Positions 52,383 to 62,384 of a stretch of DNA of 64,000 nt are shown one piece after another. The notes beneath the pieces are model-generated. The model did not search any database and was not told the origin of the DNA. It saw nothing but the letters and a program-made list of their open reading frames with translations. Every line of letters begins with the position of its first letter. Position 1 is the first letter of the stretch. The stretch spans positions 2,328,422 to 2,392,421 of the forward strand of contig OZ220470.1 in the NCBI GenBank assembly GCA_965115855.1, in the 5' to 3' direction. The DNA comes from Vicinamibacteria bacterium (GTDB taxonomy: Bacteria; Acidobacteriota; Vicinamibacteria; Marinacidobacterales; Marinacidobacteraceae). A program made the position numbers and the translations under genes.

Positions 52383-54299
52383 ATGTCCATGCCGATCGAC
52401 ACATCGCGGATGGGCGCCGGCAAGCGCGCCGCGTTCGAACTCGCGGAAGCGGCCCGGGAGACCGGCTGGCGCTATCCGACCTTTGCGGGAGGACTCTTCC
52501 TGGGTCGGCTTTCGGTGGACCTGGTCCGGCTGGAGGAACCCGCCGTCGGGATGGAGTCGGGTGGCGAAGAGTTCCTCTCGCGCCTCGAGCGGTTTCTGCT
52601 GGAGGAGGTGGATGCCCCCCGGATCGACCGCACCGGGGAGATTCCGGAGGAGGTGTTCGCCGGGCTGCGGGAACTCGGCGCCTTCGGGATCAAGATTCCG
52701 GAAAAGTACGGCGGGCTCGGACTCTCGCAACGCACCTACACCCGGGCGGCGATTCTCCTCGGGAGCCACTGCGGGAGCCTCGCGTCGCTGGTCTCGGCGC
52801 ATCAGTCCATCGGCATCGCGCAGCCGGTGCTCATGTTCGGCACCGAAGAGCAGAAACAGCGCTTCCTCCCGCCCGTGGCGGCCGGCGACATCTCCGCCTT
52901 CGCGCTCACCGAGACCACCGTCGGTTCGGACGCGGCGCGCATGCAGGCGCGGGCAACTCCGACGGCGGACGGCAGCCACTATGTCCTGAACGGCGAGAAA
53001 CTCTGGTGCACCAACGGGACCAGGGCGCGGTGGCTGGTGGTGATGGCGCGGACTCCGACGCCGAAACCGGGCGACCGCGACGGAATTACCACATTCATCG
53101 TGGACGCCGCCTGGCCGGGAGTGGAGGTCGTCCGGCGCTGCCGGTTCATGGGTCTCAAGGCCCTCTACAACGGGGTGATGCGGTTCACCGATGTCCGGAT
53201 CCCGAGCGACCATGTGCTGGGGCCACCGGGGAAGGGGCTTCGGGTGGCGCTGACGACGCTCAACACCGGGCGCCTGACCCTTCCGGGCATCTGCATCGGC
53301 GCTGCCAAGCGTTCGCTCTACATGGCGAAGACCTGGGCCAACGAGCGGATCCAGTGGGGCGCCCCCATCGGGAAGCACGCGGCGATCGCCGACAAGATCG
53401 GACGGATGGCCGCCACCACCTTCGCGATGGACGCCATGTCCGATCTGACTTCGTTGCTGGTGGATATCGGCGGCGCCGACATCCGGATCGAAGCCGCCAT
53501 CTCCAAGATGTACTCCAGCGAGTCGGCTTGGTGGATCGCCGATGAAACGGTGCAAATCCTCGGAGGGCGCGGATACGAGACCGAAGCTTCGCTCGCATCC
53601 CGCGGAGAACGCCCGTTTCCGGCCGAGCGGACACTCCGGGATGCCCGGATCAACACCATCTTCGAGGGCTCCAGCGAAATCCTCCGGCTGTTCCTTGCCC
53701 GCGAGGTGCTGGATCCGCATCTGCGGCGGGTGGGGACGGTGCTCGACGCGTCGAGCCCGTTCTGGCGACGGCTCGGTGCGGCAGCGAAGGCTGCCGCCTT
53801 CTATCTTCCGTGGTACATCAGGCAGTGGCTTCCGGCGGGTACTCCCGGCGGGGGCGCTCCCTGGGTCCGCCGGCAACTCGGTTGCGTGGCGAAGGACAGC
53901 CGTCGTCTCGCCCGAAGCCTTTTCCATGCGATGGTTCGTCACGGTCCGGGGCTCGAGCGGGAGCAGGTCCTGCTGGGCCGATTCGTGGACTTCGGAGCCG
54001 AGCTCTATGCCCAGGTCGCCACGGTTGTGCGGGCCGAAGCGCTGCTGGCGCGCGGCGCCCGGGAAGCCGACGTTCTGCCGCTGGTGGAGCGTTTCTGCGC
54101 CGGCTCGCGGGACCGCATCGCGGATCTCCGCCGCGGCATCCGCCGTAATACCGACGACCGGACCTACGCGCTGGCGCAGGACTTCCTGAAGGAGGGTTTC
54201 CCCACCCTGCTGGAGGGGCGGGTGCCGAATCGATACGCCGCTCCCGGCAGGGATCGGGAAGCGAGCGCGGCGGCTTCCGGAGCGGGAGGAACCGGATGA
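52383..54299 (+). CDS. acyl-CoA dehydrogenase family protein (long form with C-terminal extension)
   Basis: ACAD N-, middle and C-domains (catalytic region around YETEASLA...E), plus a ~200-aa C-terminal extension. Confidence 0.85.
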   Translation: MSMPIDTSRMGAGKRAAFELAEAARETGWRYPTFAGGLFLGRLSVDLVRLEEPAVGMESGGEEFLSRLERFLLEEVDAPRIDRTGEIPEEVFAGLRELGAFGIKIPEKYGGLGLSQRTYTRAAILLGSHCGSLASLVSAHQSIGIAQPVLMFGTEEQKQRFLPPVAAGDISAFALTETTVGSDAARMQARATPTADGSHYVLNGEKLWCTNGTRARWLVVMARTPTPKPGDRDGITTFIVDAAWPGVEVVRRCRFMGLKALYNGVMRFTDVRIPSDHVLGPPGKGLRVALTTLNTGRLTLPGICIGAAKRSLYMAKTWANERIQWGAPIGKHAAIADKIGRMAATTFAMDAMSDLTSLLVDIGGADIRIEAAISKMYSSESAWWIADETVQILGGRGYETEASLASRGERPFPAERTLRDARINTIFEGSSEILRLFLAREVLDPHLRRVGTVLDASSPFWRRLGAAAKAAAFYLPWYIRQWLPAGTPGGGAPWVRRQLGCVAKDSRRLARSLFHAMVRHGPGLEREQVLLGRFVDFGAELYAQVATVVRAEALLARGAREADVLPLVERFCAGSRDRIADLRRGIRRNTDDRTYALAQDFLKEGFPTLLEGRVPNRYAAPGRDREASAAASGAGGTG

Positions 54300-54466
54300 C
54301 CGAGCGCATCAAGATCGATCAGGGCGGGCTGGGGTTCGGCATCTGGGTGATCGGATGGTTGTTCACCATCGGATTTCTCGACCTCGGGTTCCGCGCCGGG
54401 TTCGTGGCCTTCGTCATCTGGCCCTACCGCCTCGGCGTCCGTTTCGCGGAGATGGTCGGCTTCTGA
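54296..54466 (+). CDS. small two-TM membrane protein
   Basis: 56 aa: MTERIKIDQGGLGFGIWVIGWLFTIGFLDLGFRAGFVAFVIWPY... ATGA overlap with the ACAD stop. Confidence 0.4.
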   Translation: MTERIKIDQGGLGFGIWVIGWLFTIGFLDLGFRAGFVAFVIWPYRLGVRFAEMVGF

Positions 54467-55404
54467 TCCCCCGGCTGCTCGTCCTGTTGTTCGTCGCCGG
54501 TTGCGGTGGGCCGCTGCCGGTGTGGCTGGACGTGGATCCGGCGGTGATGCGCGGGGGCCATGAACCCGATGACGGGGTGGCGATGGTCCAGGCGTTCCAC
54601 TCCCCGGAGGTGGAAGTGGTGGGAGTCGGTGTGGCCTTCGGGAACGCGCCACTCCCGATCGGGCTTCCGATCGCCCGGCGCATCGCCGCCGAGTACGGCC
54701 CGCCCGGCCTCCCGGTTCACGAGGGCGCCGCCTCGCCGTCCGCGGATCCCACTCCGGCATCCCGGGCGCTCGCGGCCGCCCTTCGGGAACGCCGACTGAC
54801 GGTCCTGGTGCTGGGGCCGGCGACGAATCTCGCGGCCACTCTTCGCGCGGACCCCGGGTTGGCGAAGCGGCTCGAATCGGTCGTCCTGGTGGTCGGGCGG
54901 CGCGCAGGCGAGCCCTTGACCTTTCCCGGAGGCGGCCCGAATCTTCCCGACTTCAATTTCGAGCTGGATCCGGCCGCTGCGAAGCTGGTCCTGGCGAGCG
55001 GTGTCCCGATCACCCTGGCGCCCTTCGAGTTCGCGGTGCGCCTTCCCGTGACCGAAGCCGACTGGACCCGTCTGTGGAGTACTCCGTTCGCCCGCCTCTT
55101 TCGCGGGCCGATCGAGGACTACCTCGACTGGTTCGGGGAGAACCAGGGCCTGCGGGCCACCTACCCCTTCGATTCCTATGCGGTGGCATCGGTTGTCGCG
55201 CCCCACCTTCTCCGGTGCGATCCGGAGACCGTCGCGGTGCGCCCCGGTCCCGCCGACACTCCCACCGACGAGGGAGACACCAAGCCCTGGCTGATACCGG
55301 TTGCGTCCGGAGCGGGATGGCCGGTTACCTGGTGCCACACCCCGGATCCGGCGCTGCGGGACGACTTGCTCCGTCGGCTGGCGTCGCCTCGCATCGATCC
55401 TTGA
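54463..55404 (+). CDS. inosine-uridine preferring nucleoside hydrolase family lipoprotein
   Basis: DVDPAVMRGGHEPDDGVAMV plus the GN motif of IU nucleoside hydrolases; lipobox LFVAGC. Start codon unclear. Confidence 0.7.
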   Translation: MIPRLLVLLFVAGCGGPLPVWLDVDPAVMRGGHEPDDGVAMVQAFHSPEVEVVGVGVAFGNAPLPIGLPIARRIAAEYGPPGLPVHEGAASPSADPTPASRALAAALRERRLTVLVLGPATNLAATLRADPGLAKRLESVVLVVGRRAGEPLTFPGGGPNLPDFNFELDPAAAKLVLASGVPITLAPFEFAVRLPVTEADWTRLWSTPFARLFRGPIEDYLDWFGENQGLRATYPFDSYAVASVVAPHLLRCDPETVAVRPGPADTPTDEGDTKPWLIPVASGAGWPVTWCHTPDPALRDDLLRRLASPRIDP

Positions 55405-55999
55405 CCACGGGCTCTCAGAACGGTCGGAATTTCGAAACACCTCGATGGGATTTCCGTGTCTGCTTCGGAGTTCTTTCTTTTGAGTTTCGAATCGCTACTG
55501 AACATGTACTGAAACAGGACCCACAAACGCGCACTCTGAAATGCGAACGGCTTGGGTCAACCGAATCAATGTCATTGCTTTCCTTCGAGTTGGAGTTTCG
55601 TGCGCAAATATTCCATTCCTCTTGGACCCTTTATGCGGTTACAGCTCCCACATAGAAGTTGAAGATTTTCCAAGTGATCTGTCCCTCCGTATGCTCTTGC
55701 GATAATGTGGTCAATTTCGAGATTGCGCATCTCGAAGTGCACACCACAACCTTCGCAATCACCCTCTTGTTGTCCATAAAGAGTCGCCTTGTGGCAACTT
55801 GGAGGAGGGAGAGATCCCAAATCGGTTCTGAGCGGCACATCCGTTCTATGAGCGACTCTCCCGAAAACCTCACCCCGAGCCTTTATTCGTTCAACAACAA
55901 GGTCCCCTGCCTTGGGAGAAAGGTCTATCCCTGCCCATTTTCGAGCCAACTCGTTGGCAGCAACCATGGTCGTGGCACATCCACAGAATGGATCCAAAA

Positions 56000-57438
56000 G
56001 GCTCTATTGAATTTCGAGTGGGTTATGCGAGGTGAGGGTTGAGCTTGGAGAAGTCGAGTTTTCCGGCGATAAGAAAGAAAACGGTGCGGATGGTGCGGAA
56101 GGAACGATACCCCCTGGCTTTCCGCTTGGCGGATTGGAAGAGGCCATTGAGGGCTTCTATGAACCCGTTGGTCTGGCGGGTTCGGGCCCACGCGGTGATG
56201 CCGTCGAAGTGTCTTCGGATCATCCGGGCGACGGCTTTCATGGGTTCGATCCGGGATCGATTCACGTTGGTGCACCACTGCTGGAGCATGGCCCGCATGA
56301 CATGGACTTGCTTGCGGTGGAGGATGGCACGGAGTTGCTCCCGGTACCGCCAAGCTCGAGTGGTGCGCTTCCCAGCGGTCTGTGCGATCAGCGCGTTGAG
56401 TGCGGCGCGTTGGTTACGGCTGAGGTGTGTCGGATTCTTGAGCAAGGTCCAGCGCATGCCCTTGATCCCCGGATCGACCCGCTGCTCGATGCGTCTGGTT
56501 TCGTCGAGGGCACTCGAGGCGTGGGCGACGACATGGAACTTGTCGAAAGTGATTTGGGCATGGGGCAAATGCTTCGCAACCCCCTTGATGAAAGCAGGGG
56601 ACATGTCGATCGAGACGAACCGGATCGCTTCGGGAGCGCCACCCTGTACCGCCAAGTTCCGGGCGAATTGTCCGACCGTGTCGGCCCCCCGGCCCTCCCC
56701 GACAAACAGCACCCGGCGCTTGCGGGCGTCGGCGGCAACGGTGACATAGGCGTGCCCCCGGGCCCGGGAGGTCTCGTCGATTGCGACGGCGCGAACGTCG
56801 CCCTGGTCGTCCTCCGCGGAGGCGAGTTCCACGTATTGGTTGCAGATGGTCTGAACCCGGTGTGGAGAAATCTTGTTCAACCGTGCGACCGCGGCGAAGG
56901 GCATTTCCCGACTCATGACGATCACCAACGCTTCGAAGAGCGCAGTGAACCCGGAGACCTGACCCGTCCAGGGCGTGGTGACCAGCGCGATCCGTCCGTC
57001 GGGCAGACGGACTCTCGGAACCCTCGCTACCACTTCGCATTCATACTGGAAGAAGTTGAGGTGGCGATAGCGCTTGGTCTTGGTGTCGTGGATGGGGTGT
57101 GTACCTTCGTGGTCCTTGTGAGGAAAGCGGGCGCCACGCTGAAAGTCGATATGGATGATCAGCTTGCGATCACACTCGACAAACTTCACGCTTTCGACGA
57201 ACCAAGGTTCGATGAGGCCAAGGGCGGTTGCGAAGATGCGGTGGATATCTGTCATGAGATGCTTCTCCTATGCAGAGATGGGCCGAAAAGCAGCATTCTG
57301 CCGCTTTTCGAGCCCGAACCAAGCATGCCCGTCGCGGGTCCGTGCGTCAAGGGTTCGCTCCGCCGGGCTACGCCCGCCCTTGACACCCGGCCCCCCGACG
57401 GGCTTCCCGCCCGTACCCACTCGAAATTGAGTTGAGGC
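56000..57438 (-). mobile_element. ISL3-family insertion sequence, copy 2 (1439 bp), inserted in the MTase-HNH gene
   Basis: 100% identical to 25160..26598. 8-bp TSD atccaaaa at 55992-55999 and 57439-57446. The frame bookkeeping (1447 nt, congruent to 1 mod 3) fits the flanking ORF frames. Confidence 0.9.
56023..57255 (-). CDS. ISL3-family transposase (copy 2)
   Basis: Identical 410-aa ORF. Confidence 0.85.
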   Translation of the reverse strand: MTDIHRIFATALGLIEPWFVESVKFVECDRKLIIHIDFQRGARFPHKDHEGTHPIHDTKTKRYRHLNFFQYECEVVARVPRVRLPDGRIALVTTPWTGQVSGFTALFEALVIVMSREMPFAAVARLNKISPHRVQTICNQYVELASAEDDQGDVRAVAIDETSRARGHAYVTVAADARKRRVLFVGEGRGADTVGQFARNLAVQGGAPEAIRFVSIDMSPAFIKGVAKHLPHAQITFDKFHVVAHASSALDETRRIEQRVDPGIKGMRWTLLKNPTHLSRNQRAALNALIAQTAGKRTTRAWRYREQLRAILHRKQVHVMRAMLQQWCTNVNRSRIEPMKAVARMIRRHFDGITAWARTRQTNGFIEALNGLFQSAKRKARGYRSFRTIRTVFFLIAGKLDFSKLNPHLA

Positions 57439-57710
57439 ATCCAAAACAAGGTCGCCCACGTCGGATGTGGAACTGATGATCCGGTGCAGAAGCGCGAGCG
57501 GTTTCTGTGTCGGAAAGCCGGTACGCTCCTTGGAAGACCCGGGAATGATCGGAATATCCCATACATCTCGCATTGGCATTCCGAGTGATTTTTTGTCTCC
57601 CGTGATTTTCTTGGATTTGGTAATCGGATCGAGGATTTGCGACCTCCCCTTGAATACGCGAAGAGTGGACGTTGATAACTCCTCGTAGCCCTGATTCCAA
57701 GACCATCTTA

Positions 57711-57726
57711 CCCCCCCCCCCCCCCC
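57711..57726. repeat. C16 homopolymer (G16 in the mRNA; poly-Gly codons) inside the MTase-HNH reading frame
   Basis: Direct count of 16 C. The upstream and downstream MTase frames differ by 1 nt across the tract. Confidence 0.9.
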
Positions 57727-58548
57727 GTATACCAAAAGAGAACGTCGTGCATTCGCTGAAATCGGCGCTGCTTTGACGGCCACCGCTTGTACGACCATAT
57801 GATTTCGTTCTGGAATGCGTCTTTCCCAAATACTGAATCCATGACCATTTTCAGGGGATGACTCATCGTGGGGTCACAGTGAAGCCACACTGATCCTGTC
57901 GGTTTCAGTATTCTTCGAATTTCCAAAATGCGCGGCGCCATATAGGCGAGATAGGATTTGTCGCTATCTGTAATGGCTGCCAAGATAATCTTGTGGAGAG
58001 ATGGATGCTTGGCTTCAATTAGATTGACCCACTCAGCATCTACATCGGAGAGCGACCACGTATCTTTAAAAGCAGCCCCTGCTGCCGTAGAACCAATAGG
58101 TGCGGCGTAGTCGGACTCGGAGTTGAAAGGAGGATCCAAATAGATTAGATCCACTGACTCGGAATTCATGCCTCGCATAATTGGGAGGTTGTCTCCGGTC
58201 CATACAGTCTTGTCGGCCCAATTCGGTTTGCCCATATCGAGAGGATATAGGAAACCTCACGCCATCGACACGGCACTCACCGATGGCGGCGTTTACGCTG
58301 CCTGCGAAGGACTTCGTGGCGCACGCCAAAGTGGATCGTTTTGATCGACTGCGAGGAATCGGCCTGCCTGCATGGTCCGGCAAGGGGTCGGTCCGTGCGT
58401 GCGGGATCGCCACGAGGTCAAGCGGATCGACGAGGAACTTTACGTCGGAACCAGTCGGGCTTCCACGGTGCTCTCAATGGGCATAAGCTTCCTCCGTACG
58501 CGCCGGAACTGCGCAAGGAGGTCTCTTTTGGGAAGACGAACAGCGGGA

Positions 58549-60069
58549 ATGGACGGCGGCGTCCGGTGGCGCGCGCTCCCGGCGCTGGCGCTGGCCGGGG
58601 GGCTCCTGTCCGGAAGCTGCGGCAATCCCGCTCCGGAGCGGGCGCGGAATGTGATCCTCTTCATCGGGGACGGATTCGGCATGAGCCACCTGACGCTCGG
58701 TCTCGCCTACGCCGAGGAATTCGGGGCCGGTCCGCTCGCGCTGGCCGAACTTGCCGATGCGGGTCACGCGGGGTATTCCCTGCCGGCCCCCTACGGACAT
58801 CTGGTAACCGATTCGGCGGCTGCCGCGTCCCAGATGGCCACCGGACAGCCGATGCTGGCCGGCACGCTCAGCCAGGATGTCCGGACCGGCGAACCGGTGG
58901 AAACGGTGATGGAGTGGGCCTCCCGGCGCGGGGTCGCCACCGGGCTGGTCTCGAACATGAACCTGACTCATGCAACTCCCGCGGCGTTCACGGTGCACAC
59001 CAGCTCCCGCTACAACCCCGAACCCGGACTCGCCGACCAGCTCCTTGACGAACCCCGGGTGGATGTCCTGCTCGGCGGCGGCGGTCGGGTCATGGTCCCG
59101 GAGGGGAGCCGGGTCTCGGATCACATTTCCGGGATCGCGCCGGAGGCCGACGGCGACTCCCGCCGGACCGACGGGCGCAACCTGGTGGCCGAAGCCCGGG
59201 AGGCCGGATACGCGGTCTCCGGCAATCGTGGGGAGCTCCTGGCGGTCGCCGGCGCCGAGCGGTTGCTGGGAGTGTTCGCAAGTGGCCATCTCCCCTATGT
59301 GCTGGACCGTTCGTGGAACGGCCTTGATGACACGATCCCCTCGCTCGCCGACCTGACCGGGGCGGCTCTTGCCTCGCTTGCGCCGGCGGCGGGCGGGTTC
59401 CTCCTGGTGGTCGAGGGAGGCCGCATCGACTACGCCGGACATGACAACGACGCCGGAGCGATGCTGGCCGAGATTCTCGACTTCGACCGGGCAATTCGGG
59501 TCGCCGGCGACTTCGCGCGGGAGCGCGGCGACACCCTCGTCCTGGTGACCGCCGACCACGGAACCGGCGGGTTCTCCTTCACCTATGCCGGCGGGGAACC
59601 GGCGCCGGTCCCGGAAGCGGTGTCTTGGGACTATGCGGGAGCCTTCCGGGGGCCGGCCCTCGGAACCCGCCGGCACCTCGAACTCGTCGGCGCGGCGCGG
59701 CGATCCCTCATCGAGACCCTGCAGGAGATGGATCGGCCGTTCCTCGCCCCGGAGCTCGGAGACGCGCTCGAAGTTGCCACCGGGATTCGCCTGTCCGGGG
59801 AAGAGACGGCCGACCTCGCAGCCCATCTCAACGAGGACCCCCCGGCGCCACGCGACTTCGAGGAGTTCTATCTGGACGCATCCTCGGTTCCGATGGCGCT
59901 GGTCGCCCGGAAGCTGGCCCGCCATACCCAGGTCACCTGGTCCACCGGGGGCCACACCACGGAGCCGGTGGTGCTCATCGGATACGGACCCGGGTCGGAA
60001 GGCGTCCTCGGGATCGGTCGAAATACGCGCATTTTCGAGATTGTGCAGAGAGCACTGGGTGGGGAGTGA
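58549..60069 (+). CDS. alkaline phosphatase (PhoA family) lipoprotein
   Basis: Lipobox LLSGSC. Alkaline phosphatase blocks (FIGDGFG, the active-site Ser region DSAAAAS, VEGGRIDYAGHDND, TADHGTGG). Confidence 0.85.
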   Translation: MDGGVRWRALPALALAGGLLSGSCGNPAPERARNVILFIGDGFGMSHLTLGLAYAEEFGAGPLALAELADAGHAGYSLPAPYGHLVTDSAAAASQMATGQPMLAGTLSQDVRTGEPVETVMEWASRRGVATGLVSNMNLTHATPAAFTVHTSSRYNPEPGLADQLLDEPRVDVLLGGGGRVMVPEGSRVSDHISGIAPEADGDSRRTDGRNLVAEAREAGYAVSGNRGELLAVAGAERLLGVFASGHLPYVLDRSWNGLDDTIPSLADLTGAALASLAPAAGGFLLVVEGGRIDYAGHDNDAGAMLAEILDFDRAIRVAGDFARERGDTLVLVTADHGTGGFSFTYAGGEPAPVPEAVSWDYAGAFRGPALGTRRHLELVGAARRSLIETLQEMDRPFLAPELGDALEVATGIRLSGEETADLAAHLNEDPPAPRDFEEFYLDASSVPMALVARKLARHTQVTWSTGGHTTEPVVLIGYGPGSEGVLGIGRNTRIFEIVQRALGGE

Positions 60070-60104
60070 CGCCGAGGCTGCTAGACTGCGCCATCCGGCT
60101 GGGA

Positions 60105-60180
60105 GCGCCTGTAGCTCAGTGGATAGAGCGCTTGCCTCCGGAGCAAGAAGTCAGAGGTTCGAGTCCTCTCAGGCGTACCA
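60105..60180 (+). tRNA. tRNA-Arg (anticodon CCG), CCA encoded
   Basis: Acceptor GCGCCTG/CAGGCGT, D-arm TAGCTCAGTGGATAGAGC, anticodon stem CTTGC/GCAAG with loop CTCCGGA, T-loop GGTTCGAGTCC. Confidence 0.85.
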
Positions 60181-60196
60181 GTGTTTTCCGCGGGGC

Positions 60197-60270
<74 letters not shown>

Positions 60271-60288
60271 CCCCAGACTGGGACTTCG

Positions 60289-61605
60289 ATGCCCGATTCC
60301 CCGCCCGTCGGCGGCCTCGATGGGGCTTCCCGCCCCCGCGTCTCCCGCCGCATCCTGATCCGGTCCCCGGAGGTCCGGATCAAGGGCCGCAATCGGCCCC
60401 GGTTCCGCGAGGCGCTGAAACGGAACATCCGGGAGCGTCTCGGCGGAATCGGCCTCGACTGGCGCGTGCGTTCGCTGCGCGACCGGGTCTGGATCGACGT
60501 GCCGGGGGAACAGACGGACGGCATCGGGCGGGCACTCGATGCACTCGAGACCGTTTTCGGCGTGGAACTGGCCCTGCCCGGGGTTGCGATTCCGCGCGTC
60601 GAAGGGGAGGAGGAGCGCCTCCTCCCGCATCTTCTCGACGTGGCGTGCGCACTCGCGGAGGCTGCTCCTCCCGACCGGCCGGACGCCGGTTTCGCGGTGC
60701 GGGTGCGGCGTCGCGATCCGGCCTTTCCCCTCCGTTCGCAGGGAATCGCGGAAGCGCTCGGCAAGGGAATCCTCGAGCGGACCGGCTGGCGCCGGGTGAA
60801 CCTCTCCGATCCGGCCCTTGTCGTGCGCGTCGACAATTACGAGGACGTCTGCTGCCTTTCGACCGAGCGGCGCCGCGGCCCCGGCGGACTCCCGGTCGGG
60901 GTCGCGGGACGCTTTCTGGCCCTTCTTTCCGGTGGTTTCGACTCCCCGGTGGCCGCCTGGCTGCTCGCGGGTCGGGGAGCGCAGATGGATTTCCTCCACG
61001 TGGCGCCGGGTCATCCCCACCCCGATGATCCTTCGGTGATCAAGGCCTGCCGTCTGGCCGCTGCGCTTTCCCGATACACCGGAACCTCCCGGCTGGTACT
61101 GGTTCCCTTCACCCGCCTCGACCTGGAACTCGCCGGTTCGCGAACCGGCTACGAGGCGCTGCTGTTCCGTCGCTTTGCCCTCCGCTGCGGGGAGGAGGCC
61201 GCGTCCCGTTTCGACGCGTCGGCTCTCGTGACCGGGGACAGTCTCTCGCAGGTCGCCTCGCAGACCATCGAAAATCTGATCGCCGTGGATGCGGCGGTAT
61301 CGCTTCCGGTGCTGCGGCCGCTGATCGGACTCGACAAGGCGTCAATCATGGCGCGGGCCGCCGGGATCGGAACCAGGGACATCTCGGTCGAGCCGGCCAA
61401 GGACTGCTGCGCCCTGATCGCCCGGTCGCCCCGGACCCGGTCGCGACCCGGCGGGCTCCAGTCGCTGGAACAACGCCTGTTGCCCGGACTGGACGATCTG
61501 CTCGCCGCCTCGCTGCGCGAATCGGTCGTGGCCACGTTCGCGTGGGGCGACGGTGACGGAGCGCTTCGGCCGCTCCCCGACGGCGCCCCGGCGTTGCTAC
61601 CATGA
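60289..61605 (+). CDS. thiI: tRNA 4-thiouridine(8) synthase ThiI (THUMP plus PP-loop ATPase)
   Basis: PP-loop SGGFDSPVAAW; THUMP-like N-terminal region. Confidence 0.8.
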   Translation: MPDSPPVGGLDGASRPRVSRRILIRSPEVRIKGRNRPRFREALKRNIRERLGGIGLDWRVRSLRDRVWIDVPGEQTDGIGRALDALETVFGVELALPGVAIPRVEGEEERLLPHLLDVACALAEAAPPDRPDAGFAVRVRRRDPAFPLRSQGIAEALGKGILERTGWRRVNLSDPALVVRVDNYEDVCCLSTERRRGPGGLPVGVAGRFLALLSGGFDSPVAAWLLAGRGAQMDFLHVAPGHPHPDDPSVIKACRLAAALSRYTGTSRLVLVPFTRLDLELAGSRTGYEALLFRRFALRCGEEAASRFDASALVTGDSLSQVASQTIENLIAVDAAVSLPVLRPLIGLDKASIMARAAGIGTRDISVEPAKDCCALIARSPRTRSRPGGLQSLEQRLLPGLDDLLAASLRESVVATFAWGDGDGALRPLPDGAPALLP

Positions 61606-62144
61606 ACCGGGAGGCGGATCCGATGCATTGCCAGCCCCGTTCGCTCGTCGCCCTTCTTGCTGTGGCGATTGTCCTTCCCGCGCTCGCGTTCAGCCAGCGG
61701 GCGCCCCGGCGTCCGCCGGAACCCTTCCCGGTTGCGGTGGTCGAGGGTTCCGCGGCCGACGACGCCATGGCCGAGCGTCTCCGCGAGGCGGCGGAGGTGG
61801 TGCGTGATCGGGTTGGCGACCGGGACCGCTGGTTCCGCATCGTGGATGCGACGGATGACGCCCGCATCGTTCTCCGGCTTGCCGACTATCGGGTGGCCGA
61901 GACGATGACCCCGAAGGTCCAGCGCCAGATCCTTGACGGCGCCCCCATCCTGGTGGAGGGCAGCGTGGTGGTGGAGACCCATTCGCTGAATGCGGTCGTG
62001 GTGATCCGGGGGGAAGCCGCCGCGCTGGTCGGGCTCGATGAGCGGGAACGTGGCGCCAGCCTTCGGAACGCCGCATCCGATCTTGCGGAGGAGCTTGAGC
62101 AGTACTGCAAGGACAACTACCAGCTGCTGGCCGAACCCTCCTGA
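61602..62144 (+). CDS. hypothetical exported protein
   Basis: Signal peptide LVALLAVAIVLPALAFSQ. ATGA overlap with the thiI stop. Confidence 0.5.
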   Translation: MNREADPMHCQPRSLVALLAVAIVLPALAFSQRAPRRPPEPFPVAVVEGSAADDAMAERLREAAEVVRDRVGDRDRWFRIVDATDDARIVLRLADYRVAETMTPKVQRQILDGAPILVEGSVVVETHSLNAVVVIRGEAAALVGLDERERGASLRNAASDLAEELEQYCKDNYQLLAEPS

Positions 62145-62384
62145 TCGAGGGTGCGCCCCGGCGGGTTGACCGAGGGCGGGATTCCGTGCGCCGGGACAGC
62201 CGGTGGGGGACACCCGGGTCCGGTGGGGGCGGCAGCGGGATGACCCCTTCTCCTGGTTCCCTGGCAGTGCGGCCATTTCGTCGAGTTCCCCTGCCGGGCG
62301 TCCGTCGCATATCGTGAGCGGGTGGATGCCCGGCCTCTTGTGCCGGGCCCGTTCCGCCGCCACCGGGCGGTCTCGGAGGACATC

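Larger units (their letters stand above)
55572..58235 (-). pseudogene. DNA methyltransferase (beta-class N4C/N6A)-HNH endonuclease fusion gene, disrupted by an ISL3 insertion and frameshifted at a C16/G16 tract
   Basis: Three collinear ORF pieces. (1) 58235..57708: MTase N-term with DLIYLDPPFNS, ending WYTGGGGG*. (2) 57710..57439, +1 frame: ...ERTGFPTQKPLALLHRII...GDLVLD. (3) 55997..55572: DPFCGCATT (motif I) plus HNH domain CEGCG...HxxxH...CGSCN. Pieces 2 and 3 are separated exactly by IS plus the 8-bp TSD. The island is low-GC. Confidence 0.75.
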
